Positions 1-10,230 of a DNA stretch of 64,000 nucleotides are shown one piece after another (the first letter of the stretch is position 1; each line of letters begins with the position of its first letter). This DNA is from Candidatus Falkowbacteria bacterium GW2011_GWF2_43_32 (GTDB lineage: Bacteria > Patescibacteriota > Patescibacteriia > Patescibacteriales > UBA12465). Below the pieces are notes generated by a model. The model was not told the origin of the DNA. It saw nothing but the letters and a program-made list of their open reading frames with translations, and did not search any database. A program made the position numbers and the translations under genes. Location of the stretch: positions 90,942-154,941 of the forward strand of contig LCGL01000003.1 in NCBI GenBank assembly GCA_000999715.1, given 5' to 3'.

Positions 1-973
1 GGCGCCCGAGCTCTTGAGTCAAACCGCTCACTTGCCAGCTCGTTCCGCCGGTTTTGGTCACGCCGATTTTTTTGCTCGTAGCTGTGACCGGCGGCGCCGT
101 TTCAGCAGTGGACGAAGCCGCCGCCTCTTCGGTAACTACCGCGGCATTCGCTTCCGCCGGCAAAGAAAAGGTAATATTGAAATCGCCGAGACGATTGTCC
201 TGCACATCGGAAAAAATCAAAGTCATTTCGTTATCCTGATTCAAGAAGGCCGTACCGGAATAATCAAGATCGACCCGAAAACCCAAACCGCTGATTGCCG
301 TCGCCGCCGAAGCCTCTTTTTTGAATTGGCTGGTAAAACTGCCAGGCAAATAACTGAGACGCGCGGAAACGACATTGACCGAATCCGTTTGTCCGATTAA
401 ACGTCCGGTCACGGTCAAGCTGGCGTTGGCGCCCGGATCCATGTCCGGCAAACTCCAGCCGTAAGCGCCGCTCGTCGGTTCAATCGAAGCGCCGGCAAAA
501 ATGAAATTTTCCGGATACTGGATTTCCAAACGCAAACGCGACAAGACATATTTCGTCGGATTGTGATAATCAATCACATAAGAAAATTCCTCGCCCGCCA
601 AAACTTTTTCCGGGGCTTTGATTTTCAAATCCAAAGCGCTGATATCGCCGCCTTGATTGAAAAAATAAGAATAAGCGAAATAAGCGACGGCCGCTAGCAA
701 AGCCACTCCCAATAAACGACGTAAAAATTTCCTAAAAAAAGACGGCCGTTTCTTGATATTCATTTTACTGACATCAACCCGTTGACCCTTTTTATTGCTA
801 TAAACTTCGGACAGATCGGAGTCAATATCGCGATCGCGCACTTCGCGTTTGACGACGCGTTCAAAATTGGCGACTTCGCGATCGGTCGGCACCGGACGTT
901 CCACGAAAGACGACAGGCCGGAAGCGGGCTCTCGACCGACTTTCAAGACTCTTTTTACTTTTTTTTCGGACAT
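1..973 (-). CDS. Hypothetical membrane-anchored protein; C-terminus runs off the left edge; not in the supplied ORF track
   Basis: Hand translation from the ATG (complement of 971-973) gives MSEKKVKRVLKVGREP...KMNIKKRPSFFRKFLRRLLGVALLAAVAYFAYSYFF (one TM helix), then a long extracytoplasmic region. I scanned this frame for tta/cta/tca and found no in-frame stop down to position 1. It starts 33 nt after the stop of the upstream DUF4012 gene on the same strand. The + strand ORFs 14..400, 54..239 and 782..1003 are its antisense shadows. Confidence 0.5.
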   Translation of the reverse strand, partial: MSEKKVKRVLKVGREPASGLSSFVERPVPTDREVANFERVVKREVRDRDIDSDLSEVYSNKKGQRVDVSKMNIKKRPSFFRKFLRRLLGVALLAAVAYFAYSYFFNQGGDISALDLKIKAPEKVLAGEEFSYVIDYHNPTKYVLSRLRLEIQYPENFIFAGASIEPTSGAYGWSLPDMDPGANASLTVTGRLIGQTDSVNVVSARLSYLPGSFTSQFKKEASAATAISGLGFRVDLDYSGTAFLNQDNEMTLIFSDVQDNRLGDFNITFSLPAEANAAVVTEEAAASSTAETAPPVTATSKKIGVTKTGGTSWQVSGLTQELGR

Positions 974-1005
974 ATTTTTAAATTAATTTATATAACGATT
1001 TAAAA

Positions 1006-3591
1006 TCAATCAAGCGCGGCGCTCGGCCCCGCCAACAGCGACCAATATTTATCGCCAGCCAAACGATCGCTGATTTCCCAGCCCCGTTCGCCGACCAAAT
1101 TTTCCGGATATCGCCACAGAATATTCTGATCGACCGGTAAAATCAACCGACCGATAAATTCGCTGGCCATGGCGCCCGGTTGTTTCTGAACCAATAAAGA
1201 ATAGGGCTGTAAACGGACGGCCGACGGATTAAGTCGGACATTGATTTTCTCCCGCCACGTTTCGGCCCGGTCGGCAGTGAAAAAATTAAAAGGCAAGCTA
1301 TATCTTAAAGTCACCACCGCGGTTTCTCCCGGATCAACCATCACCCAATCGGCAAAAACGGTTTTACCGTTCTCCGCGTAGATTTTAACTCCCGTGGCGA
1401 CATCATTGACGGCCGCTCGCTCGTTCGCCAGGAAAGGATTGTCTTGCCAACCGGCCTCCGGTTTTTCTTGAAGATATTTATCTTCGGGAGATTGAAAGCC
1501 ATCCGCACTCAACAGTTGACTGCCTAAAGGCACATAAACGCGCAACCAATTGACGTTGCGCACACCCACCAAGGGTTCGTTCTTCAGGCCGTGGTGCGTT
1601 CGCGTAATCACCAACGTATTGATAATTTTCCCGTCGACATCAACCACGCTCGTTTGCTCGATTTTTTCCGTGATGACGCGGTCGGTTTTCTGTCCGGCGA
1701 TATTGGTATTAACGACCAACAAATAATCTTTCGCGGTCTCCTTTATTTCTCCCGCCCAATTACGCTTGAGCGCTTCGCTTTGCAAAAGCGGATCGGAAAA
1801 ATAAAACAAAATTTGTTTGGCCGACATGTTTTGCTCAAAAATCGCGATAATTTTCAACAAATTGTCTTTATCCAATTTCTGAGGCAAAATTTCCAAAATC
1901 TTTTCCAACAAATCGCCGATAATTTTTTTCGGTTTATTTTCTTCGCCGATCGGCAAACCTGCTACCGCTTCGGGATTAGTTTGAGCCAGATTCTTTTGCT
2001 CGGTAATTTTTTGAACGGTTTCCCAAAAATTTTCGGAATCGATCGTCAGGCCATACTCCGCTTGCAAATCTATCGGACCGGTAATTTCCAAAAATTGTTC
2101 CACCACCGTCGGCGTCACGCCGATAACGCCGTCCACGCTCGGTCCGTCGCTCTTGGCATAAAACCACATCAAATTTTTGGCCGTTGTCGGCCAATCCGGC
2201 CACCAATTGGCGTCCCAAAAATGCCACAGCGGATTAACGAGCCATAGCGGTTCGGGAGCGGTCACCCGAATATTCAGGCCCGCCTCCGTATCATAAGAAC
2301 CGCCGCCCGGAACTTCCAAATTACGAATTTTTCCTTCTCTTAAATCAACCAAAGCATAACTGCCCAAAAAGCCGCCACTCGCCCGCAATTCGGCGTTATT
2401 CTGAAAAACCAACAAGTATCGTTTATCGCGACTCAAACCGAAAACCTCTTTCAGACGATCGCCGGCGGAAATGAAATTATCCAAATTATCGGCCAAAAGA
2501 ACGGCCTGCAAACGCAAAGATTCAAACTGACGGCGATAAGCCTCCGGCAAATTGTCCGCATTAACATTAGCCAAGGTTTTTTCCAGTTTTCGCGCTTCGG
2601 CTACGGCCGCGTGTCCGTGGATTAAAAAATTATCCAATTTCGCCTGAAAATCGTCTTGATCGTCATTGAATAAACTGTCGGTGGCCGCCGCCAAATTATG
2701 GCCCAAAGAAGCGGCCACGGCGCCGGCGGTCAAGAATTTTTTGCTTTCGGTCGCCAGTTTTATTTTCGGATCCTTGGATAAAGAAGCCAAGAAAAGAAGC
2801 GCATCGTTAATTTCTCCCAATTCCGTTTGCGCCGCCAAAAAATCGGCACCGGCGGCTTGAAAGCGCGCGTCGGCATTTTTAAAATCCAAACGCGACACGG
2901 AATCGGCCGCGGCCAACAAATTATTCAAAGCGGATTGTGATTGATTCATCACTCTCGCTTCCAACTCGTGCAAATTAAAAAATTTAAAATACGATAATAC
3001 TTTCAAAGGTAAAATAATCAATAACAAAATAATCGCGAAAGAAAATAAGGAGCGATACTGAGTCGCCTTGGTTTCGGCTCGAGCCGCCCGCTCCTCGGCG
3101 CGCCGCGCACGCGGATTAAACCGCAAAGCCGCCTGAAACATTCTCTGACGATGCTGCAAAATTTCCCGGACACCCCGTTTCGAGCGCAAACGCGCCGGTC
3201 GTTTCAACTGCTTAAAGCCAAATGACCAGCCCTTAAAATTAAATATCGGCCACGGCGCATTAAAGCCGCGCTTAATATTCTTCGCGGACGGCATAAACTG
3301 CCAGCCCTGCGAAATCTTCAATCCTTTGAGGCGCTTCGCGCGATCGGCCAAATCTACCGCCACCTTAATGGCCGCAATCGGTCGCGACTTTTTGACCGAT
3401 AATCGAAATTTATTCAATCCGATTGCAATTTGTTCCGCCCACAATCGCTTAGACCTCGTCAACGATTTTTCCGGGTGGCGTTTCGGCGACGACGAGGTCG
3501 CTTGATTGACGCTTCTCAAATCCACGACAAAATTAGAGTATCGCTCTCTTTCCGGATTATCATAAAATTGACGGCGGTTTTTTACGGACAT
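1006..3591 (-). CDS. DUF4012-family envelope protein
   Basis: 861 aa. Basic N-terminus and one TM segment (FSFAIILLLIILPLKVL). Contains the block LLVFQNNAELRASGGFLGSYALVDLREGKI that I recognise as the DUF4012 hallmark. Confidence 0.75.
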   Translation of the reverse strand: MSVKNRRQFYDNPERERYSNFVVDLRSVNQATSSSPKRHPEKSLTRSKRLWAEQIAIGLNKFRLSVKKSRPIAAIKVAVDLADRAKRLKGLKISQGWQFMPSAKNIKRGFNAPWPIFNFKGWSFGFKQLKRPARLRSKRGVREILQHRQRMFQAALRFNPRARRAEERAARAETKATQYRSLFSFAIILLLIILPLKVLSYFKFFNLHELEARVMNQSQSALNNLLAAADSVSRLDFKNADARFQAAGADFLAAQTELGEINDALLFLASLSKDPKIKLATESKKFLTAGAVAASLGHNLAAATDSLFNDDQDDFQAKLDNFLIHGHAAVAEARKLEKTLANVNADNLPEAYRRQFESLRLQAVLLADNLDNFISAGDRLKEVFGLSRDKRYLLVFQNNAELRASGGFLGSYALVDLREGKIRNLEVPGGGSYDTEAGLNIRVTAPEPLWLVNPLWHFWDANWWPDWPTTAKNLMWFYAKSDGPSVDGVIGVTPTVVEQFLEITGPIDLQAEYGLTIDSENFWETVQKITEQKNLAQTNPEAVAGLPIGEENKPKKIIGDLLEKILEILPQKLDKDNLLKIIAIFEQNMSAKQILFYFSDPLLQSEALKRNWAGEIKETAKDYLLVVNTNIAGQKTDRVITEKIEQTSVVDVDGKIINTLVITRTHHGLKNEPLVGVRNVNWLRVYVPLGSQLLSADGFQSPEDKYLQEKPEAGWQDNPFLANERAAVNDVATGVKIYAENGKTVFADWVMVDPGETAVVTLRYSLPFNFFTADRAETWREKINVRLNPSAVRLQPYSLLVQKQPGAMASEFIGRLILPVDQNILWRYPENLVGERGWEISDRLAGDKYWSLLAGPSAALD

Positions 3592-3612
3592 AAATCAAAA
3601 TGAATCATGATT

Positions 3613-4815
3613 TCAATTTTTTTTCGAAGTTAAAACTTGATGATAAATTTCTTTGGTTTCACGGGCGCATTCCCACCAATTGTATTTTTTAGCCTGTTCG
3701 CGGCCGCGCTCTTTCAAGACGACGCGTAAATTTTCGTCTGTCAACAAGCCGGTAATTTTGACGAACATATCGGTCTCGTCTTCCGGATTGAAATATAAAG
3801 CCGCTTCTCCCAACACTTCCGGCAAAGAGGCGCGATCGGAGCTGGCCACCGGACAACCTTTGGCCATAGCTTCCAGGGGCGGCAAGCCGAACCCTTCATA
3901 CAAAGAAGGAAAGATATAAGCACGCGCTTCGGCATAAAAAACCTCCAACTGCGCGTCCGGAACATAACCGGGAAAAATTACCGGACTGTTGATGTTTTCT
4001 TTCTGCCAAATGTTCAGAGCGCGAGCACTTGTCTGCAAACGATCATAAAAATAATCGTTTTTACCGACCAAAACCAAACGTAAGTCCGAACGAACGGCAT
4101 GCAATTTGGCAAATACCCGCAATAACGCTTCCAAATTTTTATGCGGATAAGCGTTGCCGACATACAATAAAAAATCGCGAGGAATATGATATTGCGCCAA
4201 AGTCTCCCGATTATCCAGTTTAGAAACGAATAAAGAGTCCCGTCCTTTGGCCAAATTGGCGACACCCTCGTAAGTGACGACGATCTTTTCCGGACGCACT
4301 TTAAACTGACTGATAATATCGTTTTTGGTAAACTCGGAAACGGTGATTATCTTTCGCGCCCGGCGCAAAGCCGTCAAAATCACCACCCGATAAAAAAGAT
4401 TTTTTAAATAATATGAGAAACGGGAGCGCGTCGTGGCACGCACCGTGGGAAAATGGGTCAAAATCAAATCGTGAATCGTCACCACGAACTTGGATGGCGT
4501 CAAAACCGGCACGTTGAAATGCGGAAAATGAACTAAATCCAATTTTTCCCGCCACAAATAAAAGGGCATCAACAATTGTTCCGACCAGGAATACCAGGGG
4601 CACGGCAATTTTACTTTCTTGACCCAGGGGCAATCCGCGACAAATTCGTCAAAATTAGCCGGGCTCAAAAAAATTACATAACTAAAATCCTCGCCTTCTT
4701 CAGCGGGCGAGGCGTCGGAAATTCTGATAATATTGTCAACCACTTCTTGGGTATAGCGACCTAATCCTTTGCCGATCGGGCCGTAGAAGCGGGCGTCAAT
4801 GCCGATTCTCGTCAT
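3613..4815 (-). CDS. Glycosyltransferase family 4 (GT-B fold)
   Basis: 400 aa. C-terminal FPSLYEGFGLPPLEAMAKGCPVASSDRASLPEVLGEAALYFNPED is the typical GT4 E-x7-E region. Confidence 0.85.
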   Translation of the reverse strand: MTRIGIDARFYGPIGKGLGRYTQEVVDNIIRISDASPAEEGEDFSYVIFLSPANFDEFVADCPWVKKVKLPCPWYSWSEQLLMPFYLWREKLDLVHFPHFNVPVLTPSKFVVTIHDLILTHFPTVRATTRSRFSYYLKNLFYRVVILTALRRARKIITVSEFTKNDIISQFKVRPEKIVVTYEGVANLAKGRDSLFVSKLDNRETLAQYHIPRDFLLYVGNAYPHKNLEALLRVFAKLHAVRSDLRLVLVGKNDYFYDRLQTSARALNIWQKENINSPVIFPGYVPDAQLEVFYAEARAYIFPSLYEGFGLPPLEAMAKGCPVASSDRASLPEVLGEAALYFNPEDETDMFVKITGLLTDENLRVVLKERGREQAKKYNWWECARETKEIYHQVLTSKKN

Positions 4816-4833
4816 GAATTTAAATGAATATAA

Positions 4834-6264
4834 TTAAGCGGTCGGCAAATTTTCCGGTGGCGCGGCGTCTTTATTGGCAAAATCTTCAATTCGGACAGAG
4901 GCCGCCTTATCGGATATAACCGAATCTTGAAAAATATCAGCCAAAGGCACGGTTTTTTCCATTTCCACCGGTAAAGAAGAGGGGGCGTCGGCTTTTTTGC
5001 CCGGCGCTTTCTGCATCATCGCCGCTTTGACGTTAGCCTCAATCGGAAAATGCCAAACTGTGGCCAACTCTTCAATGTTATATACTCCCGGATTACGACC
5101 CCGGGAATCGGAACGGTTGATATAAGCTTTAAAAAGTTTCCGTTTTTTGTCCAACAAGCGCGGCGCTTTTCGAAAATATTGCGTTTTCGTCATGGTCATA
5201 TCCACATCCGGCTTCAAATTATTCAAGTCCAAAGCCGCAAATTGTTTCATAAAACCGACGATGCCGTTGGCCACCTTCGCTTTGTTCATCACATCTTTTT
5301 TGGCCAGATAGACCACCCGAAATTTAGCCTCAAAAGACAATTTGGACGCCTTGATTTGGATGGCCTCCACTTTACGTTTTTCGCCCGGCGTCAAATCCAT
5401 CATTGTCTTCGGCTTGTCTTCTTTTTTATCGCTAGAATCAATGTCGCCCCAAATCGGATAGATGACCTCGCTCAAATCGCCCAAAGCGGTTACCGCTCGA
5501 ACATCCAAACCTGTTCCGGTTTTTGCTTTCCGACCGAAAATCTTATTGATTTCTTTTTCCGATTCTTTGACCCAATCAAAACCGATCGGCACCACGATAA
5601 TTTGGAACCACAGCTGTTCGCCCTGCCGCAAAGAACCGCAAAGATCCATCAGACTGGCCATCGGATCTTTAAACTGCGTTTCGCTCGGCCCCATCTGATG
5701 TTCAAATTCCTGATAACATTTAATCGGGTAAACCCAAGAATCTTTTTGAATGAATTCCGCTCCCCATAAATCATATTCGTCATCCGGAACCTGGGCCGGC
5801 ACGGCCTCCACATAGTCGTCCACTTCGGAAATTTCCGCATCCGGATATTGCGAATAAACGGAAGACTCCACCAGATTGCGGAATTCTATGGGCGTGCGAA
5901 TCAAAAATTGCGTATAGCCCTCAATGCTGACGACTTCGTAACTGAATGATTTTTGAAATATGCCCTCAAACCATTTTTCAAAAAAATTAACCGAACCGTG
6001 CGCACCGGCCAAGTAGGTGAACATATTCTCCACCGCCTTCGGCGATTGTTCATTGCCGCGCGGAATATCAATGGCCAACAAGACGAACTTATGATTTTTT
6101 TCCCATTGCAAGCGTATCCAAACCAAATAAACCTCCCTGACGCCCAACAAAAAAATGACGGCAATAATCAGCCAACCGAAGTTGCCTAAAAACGCCCAAA
6201 ACATCTGATCGGGGGGCAAATTTATAAACCTTTCCCAAGCGCCGGTATAAATGACGATATCCAT
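4834..6264 (-). CDS. Hypothetical membrane protein (N-terminal TM anchor, large soluble domain)
   Basis: 476-aa uninterrupted ORF with tight spacing to its neighbours. TM segment FWAFLGNFGWLIIAVIFLLGV. No catalytic motif recognised. Confidence 0.55.
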   Translation of the reverse strand: MDIVIYTGAWERFINLPPDQMFWAFLGNFGWLIIAVIFLLGVREVYLVWIRLQWEKNHKFVLLAIDIPRGNEQSPKAVENMFTYLAGAHGSVNFFEKWFEGIFQKSFSYEVVSIEGYTQFLIRTPIEFRNLVESSVYSQYPDAEISEVDDYVEAVPAQVPDDEYDLWGAEFIQKDSWVYPIKCYQEFEHQMGPSETQFKDPMASLMDLCGSLRQGEQLWFQIIVVPIGFDWVKESEKEINKIFGRKAKTGTGLDVRAVTALGDLSEVIYPIWGDIDSSDKKEDKPKTMMDLTPGEKRKVEAIQIKASKLSFEAKFRVVYLAKKDVMNKAKVANGIVGFMKQFAALDLNNLKPDVDMTMTKTQYFRKAPRLLDKKRKLFKAYINRSDSRGRNPGVYNIEELATVWHFPIEANVKAAMMQKAPGKKADAPSSLPVEMEKTVPLADIFQDSVISDKAASVRIEDFANKDAAPPENLPTA

Positions 6265-6330
6265 ATAAAACCGTTAAAAATAGAGAAATAATGACCGCAA
6301 TTTACCTTCATATTTTAACATATAAAGCTA

Positions 6331-6370
6331 AAAAAATAAAATCCAATCTTGCTTGATTGGATTTTATTTT
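6331..6370 (-). terminator. Rho-independent terminator downstream of the sigma-r4/HARE-HTH gene
   Basis: Perfect 11-bp stem: aaaatccaatc (6338-6348), loop ttgctt, gattggatttt (6355-6365). A/T runs flank both sides. Confidence 0.55.
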
Positions 6371-6422
6371 AATTTTTATGCAAATTAGAGTTGTCGACAG
6401 GCGACCAAACGACGACCGGAAC

Positions 6423-7472
6423 TTATTTCTGCCATTCTTTCAGGCCGTAAACACCGCGGCTGGTCAGGATATAGCGGTTGTCCAGAATCAATTCGTTATG
6501 TACCGTGGCGGCATTGGCCGTCTTATGATCAAACTTCATTTCATTGATTTTTTTGGCAATGTCGGTAAAGTGCAAAGGTTGACCGTTGTGTTTTAAAATC
6601 AAATAAATTTTATCGTTAACGGTTTTCGGTTTCACCTCGCCCCAGTGCGCAATTCCCCATTCGCCGTATTTATTCTGTTCCAAATTCTTCATCGCCTGCA
6701 TCAAAGAATATAAGACCTTGTTGCTGTTGATGATTTCACCCTTGTCCGGAAAAACCTGGCTTTTAAAGACAGCCGTAATATCGGCGTTGTCGGTGCCGTC
6801 GGCGCCGTTAAATTTGTTCGCATGCTTATTGTAAGCATCCAATTTTTTCAATAAAGTCAAAAGCTCTTCGGTCGTAAAAGTCTTTTTTAACAGCTCGATA
6901 TTTTTTAACAAATCGTCAGCCAATTCCTCCAAATGATCAATCCCTTCATTTTTGATTCTGAAAGAAGGATTAAATTTATCGGATTCGGCCACCAATTCCA
7001 ATTCGTCTCCCAACAATCTGGAAATGAGAAAATTAAAATGATTGTGATAGGCGCGGCGATTAAGTTCATATTCCGGTTTATCGGCCGATAACTCACTATT
7101 GATTTCCATGCAAACGACGGACAAAATATTCAACAAATAATCGCGTCCGATCAAACCGCCGTGCTCCCTTAAAAGGCCCATGACAATGTCTTTCAAGGTG
7201 GTGATGGAACTGCCCAAATTTTCCAGCTTTTTAATTTTCTTGATGCTGGAGACTTCTATTTGGCGCACCCGTTCTCTGGTCAATTTATGCAATTGACCGA
7301 TTTTTTCCAAAGTTTCGCCTTTATCGCCTTTCAGTCCGAAACGACGGGACAAGACATCTTTCTCCCGATCCAATAAATCGGCAAACAAAGAAGTCACGAT
7401 GTTAATCGCGTCCAAACGGGCAAACTCTTCGGATTTTTTATCTTTAACCATTTTGCCTAATAAATTTTCCAT
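6423..7472 (-). CDS. Sigma-70 region-4 HTH protein with C-terminal HARE-HTH-like domain
   Basis: 349 aa. DVLSRRFGLKGDKGETLEKIGQLHKLTRERVRQIEVSSIKKIKKL is region-4-like. The C-terminal KIYLILKHNGQPLHFTDIAKKINEM...RGVYGLKEW resembles the RNAP delta N-terminal (HARE-HTH) fold. No region 2 seen. Confidence 0.6.
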   Translation of the reverse strand: MENLLGKMVKDKKSEEFARLDAINIVTSLFADLLDREKDVLSRRFGLKGDKGETLEKIGQLHKLTRERVRQIEVSSIKKIKKLENLGSSITTLKDIVMGLLREHGGLIGRDYLLNILSVVCMEINSELSADKPEYELNRRAYHNHFNFLISRLLGDELELVAESDKFNPSFRIKNEGIDHLEELADDLLKNIELLKKTFTTEELLTLLKKLDAYNKHANKFNGADGTDNADITAVFKSQVFPDKGEIINSNKVLYSLMQAMKNLEQNKYGEWGIAHWGEVKPKTVNDKIYLILKHNGQPLHFTDIAKKINEMKFDHKTANAATVHNELILDNRYILTSRGVYGLKEWQK

Positions 7473-7539
7473 ATAAAAAAAATGAAACCCATTAACTTAT
7501 TTATCCTTCCTCAGCTTTAATCCCTCCTAATCTATCATA

Positions 7540-8511
7540 TTATTTTATATTAGTCAACCCCCGATAATACCGCCAAATCTCCCGATACTGTTTTAGGAGA
7601 AATTGCTCTAATATAAGAGAAAATATAAAGATAAGCACTACTCTGACAACAATAAAAACTTTACTGATAAAATTTTGTTTTTTCCAATATTTGACATAAA
7701 TAAAATGTTGGTTCAAATGCGACCAAGCGCGAATTTGACGACTTTTGCGATAACGGGAGAAAATCGTCCTCCAAAAACCGTGCCCGGAAACGGCCGCGGT
7801 ACGATCATGATAAACCAAAGCATCGGGTACCAAACAAGATTTATAGCCCGCCAAAAACAAACGATAAGCCAAATCGCAATCTTCTTTATACATGAAAAAA
7901 CTTTCGTCAAAATAGTGCGGTCCGGCCGTTCCGCGAGGATGCTCGGCAATTTTATCCAAAGCGCTGAAACGAAAAAGACCGGCTGCTCCGGACGGCCCCA
8001 AAATGGACGCTGAATCGAATTGGCCGCGATCCTCCAGTCCCTGCCCCAAATCTTGAAAACGCAATCCCCTTTTTAAAATCAACCCGGCAGAATCAATAAT
8101 TTTTGTCTTCTGACGGGAGGCAAAATCCCAGCGCAAAATTTTCGGACTGACCGAAGCGAGCGCCGGTTCTTTTTCCAGGGCCGCCAATAATTTCCGAATG
8201 GTATCCGACGCCAACAGCGTATCCGGATTGATGATTAAAAAATAGGGCGCACCGGCGGTCCGGGCCGCTCGCAGTAAAACGTTATAAGCCTGCCCAAAAC
8301 CCAGATTTTTCCCTACTCCCAAATATTCCAAAGATTGCCCGGCCAACATCTCCCGATTTTTTGAATATTCCGACGGGCTGTTGTCAAAAACATACACACG
8401 ATAATCGTCGGCGGGCAAAAAAGACAGAGCTTGCCGCAAACTCGGTAAAAAATCCGCCAAATATTTGACGCTGGCTTCTTTATAAACAATGACGCCGACG
8501 GCTAATTTCAT
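7540..8511 (-). CDS. Glycosyltransferase family 2
   Basis: 323 aa. N-terminal GT-A pattern (VGVIVYKE...VYVFDNSPSE...LIINPDTLL) and a C-terminal hydrophobic segment. Confidence 0.8.
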   Translation of the reverse strand: MKLAVGVIVYKEASVKYLADFLPSLRQALSFLPADDYRVYVFDNSPSEYSKNREMLAGQSLEYLGVGKNLGFGQAYNVLLRAARTAGAPYFLIINPDTLLASDTIRKLLAALEKEPALASVSPKILRWDFASRQKTKIIDSAGLILKRGLRFQDLGQGLEDRGQFDSASILGPSGAAGLFRFSALDKIAEHPRGTAGPHYFDESFFMYKEDCDLAYRLFLAGYKSCLVPDALVYHDRTAAVSGHGFWRTIFSRYRKSRQIRAWSHLNQHFIYVKYWKKQNFISKVFIVVRVVLIFIFSLILEQFLLKQYREIWRYYRGLTNIK

Positions 8512-9233
8512 ATCGTCATCTTATCGTCCAATTTTTCTTTGGCGAAATTTTGCACGCGCAATAAACTGTCAAAAGTGCCGGCGTCAAACCATTCCCCCTT
8601 GATCATTTCCACCTCCAGTTCCCCTTTTTCCAGGTACCAATTGTTGATATCCACGATTTCCAGTTCACCGCGGGCACTCGGCTTGACCTCTTTGGCGATT
8701 TGCACGACGCGATGATCATAGACATACAAACCGGTCACCGCATAATCGCTTAAATGTTCCTGCGGTTTTTCCACGATTTTCACCGCCTTCATATTTTCAT
8801 CAAATTTAACGACGCCGAATCTTTCCGGATCCGACACTTTTTTGGCGAAAACTTTGGCGCCACCTTTAAAATTTCTGATCACCTCGCCGAAATCGTCCTC
8901 AAAAATATTATCGCCCAAAATCATGGCCACATCTTCATGATCGATGAAATTCTCGCCGATCAAAAAAGCCTGCGCCAAACCCTCGGGATGATCTTGAATT
9001 TCATAAGTGAATTTGACGCCGAATTGCTTGCCCGAACCCAACAAATTGAGATAATCGCCGGCTCTTTCCGGAGCGACAATAATCAAAATTTCCTTGATAC
9101 CGGCCTTAATCAGAGTATCCAGGGGATAATAAATCATCGGCCGATTATAAACCGGCAACAATTGCTTGGAAGTAATTTTGGTCAGCGGTTTTAAGCGAGT
9201 GCCCGAACCGCCGGATAAAATGATGCCACGCAT
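8508..9233 (-). CDS. rmlA: Sugar-1-phosphate nucleotidyltransferase, short RmlA-like (glucose-1-phosphate thymidylyltransferase)
   Basis: 241 aa. MRGIILSGGSGTRLKPLTKITSKQLLPVYNRPMIYYPL is the G-x-G-T-R-L nucleotidyltransferase signature. Overlaps the downstream GT2 by 4 nt and sits next to rmlD. Confidence 0.75.
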   Translation of the reverse strand: MRGIILSGGSGTRLKPLTKITSKQLLPVYNRPMIYYPLDTLIKAGIKEILIIVAPERAGDYLNLLGSGKQFGVKFTYEIQDHPEGLAQAFLIGENFIDHEDVAMILGDNIFEDDFGEVIRNFKGGAKVFAKKVSDPERFGVVKFDENMKAVKIVEKPQEHLSDYAVTGLYVYDHRVVQIAKEVKPSARGELEIVDINNWYLEKGELEVEMIKGEWFDAGTFDSLLRVQNFAKEKLDDKMTI

Positions 9234-9243
9234 ATTTTTTATG

Positions 9244-10104
9244 TTAATTGTTTTCTAAATATTCTTTTAAAGCTACTTTCCAAGGGCGCAATTTTCTGAA
9301 ACGAGTATTGTCCAAAACGGAAAATTTCGGCCGACGCGCCGGTCGCGGCACATTTTCGCCGCGTACCGCGCGAAGATTGGCGGCAATTCCCCGCAAACGA
9401 AAAAGTTCCGTGGCCGCGTCATACCAAGTGACCGGTCCTTCGTTGATTAAATGATAAATTCCGAACGGCTCCTCCAGTTCCCAGAGACGCTTCGTGGCCG
9501 CCGCCAAATCAGGCGTATAGGTAAAACAACTCAATTCTTCATTGACGACCGGCAATTCTTCCTTGGTCTTCACCAACTCCAACATCGTGTCAAAAAAACT
9601 CGGCTTGGCATGTTCGCTCGCGCCCCGCGGTCCGAAAAGCTTGGACGTTCTGATCAAATAATATTTCAAACCGGACGCGGCGCGGCGTAATATTTCTCGT
9701 TCGCCTTGAAATTTGCTTTCGCCGTATTTGTTAACCGGATTGGGCGTATCGTTTTCGACAAATTGTCGTTTCAACTCCGTGCCGCTAAAAACGTAGTCCG
9801 AAGAATAATGAATCAAAACCGCTCCCTGCTCCAAAGCCAAGTCCGCCAAAACAGCCGGCAGATCAACATTCAACTGCCGAGCCAGCCGATATTCTTCCTT
9901 GTCTTCGCATTTATCTACGGCATTATAGGCGACCGCATTGATAATTAAATCCGGATGCAACTCCCTGACCCGGGCGGCCAGCAAATCAAAATTCAAAACA
10001 TCCGATTCGTCTTTATCCCAAGAAACGACCGCATAATCTGCGGCGAGCAGTTTGGTTAATTGCGTGCCCAAGTTCCCTTGTCCGCCGAGAATAAGAATAG
10101 TCAT
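9244..10104 (-). CDS. rmlD: dTDP-4-dehydrorhamnose reductase
   Basis: 286 aa. MTILILGGQGNLGTQL Rossmann motif, and SSDYVF plus YGESK (Y-x3-K) typical of RmlD. Confidence 0.8.
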   Translation of the reverse strand: MTILILGGQGNLGTQLTKLLAADYAVVSWDKDESDVLNFDLLAARVRELHPDLIINAVAYNAVDKCEDKEEYRLARQLNVDLPAVLADLALEQGAVLIHYSSDYVFSGTELKRQFVENDTPNPVNKYGESKFQGEREILRRAASGLKYYLIRTSKLFGPRGASEHAKPSFFDTMLELVKTKEELPVVNEELSCFTYTPDLAAATKRLWELEEPFGIYHLINEGPVTWYDAATELFRLRGIAANLRAVRGENVPRPARRPKFSVLDNTRFRKLRPWKVALKEYLENN

Positions 10105-10230
10105 ATGATTTCAGTATAATTGAAAGATAAGCTAAAATCAAGAAAAAATGTTGTCATGAGAATATATAAAAAATCCTTCAAACTCCATAAACCGACTCAA
10201 GCCGATTATAGAATTCAAAGGATTGAAGAT

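Noticed and set aside
14-1003. + strand ORFs 14..400, 54..239 and 782..1003 from the track
   Set aside because: They lie antisense to a continuous minus-strand frame (1..973) that has a sensible start, a TM helix and operon spacing. Their translations are Arg-rich and low-complexity, as is typical of shadow frames.
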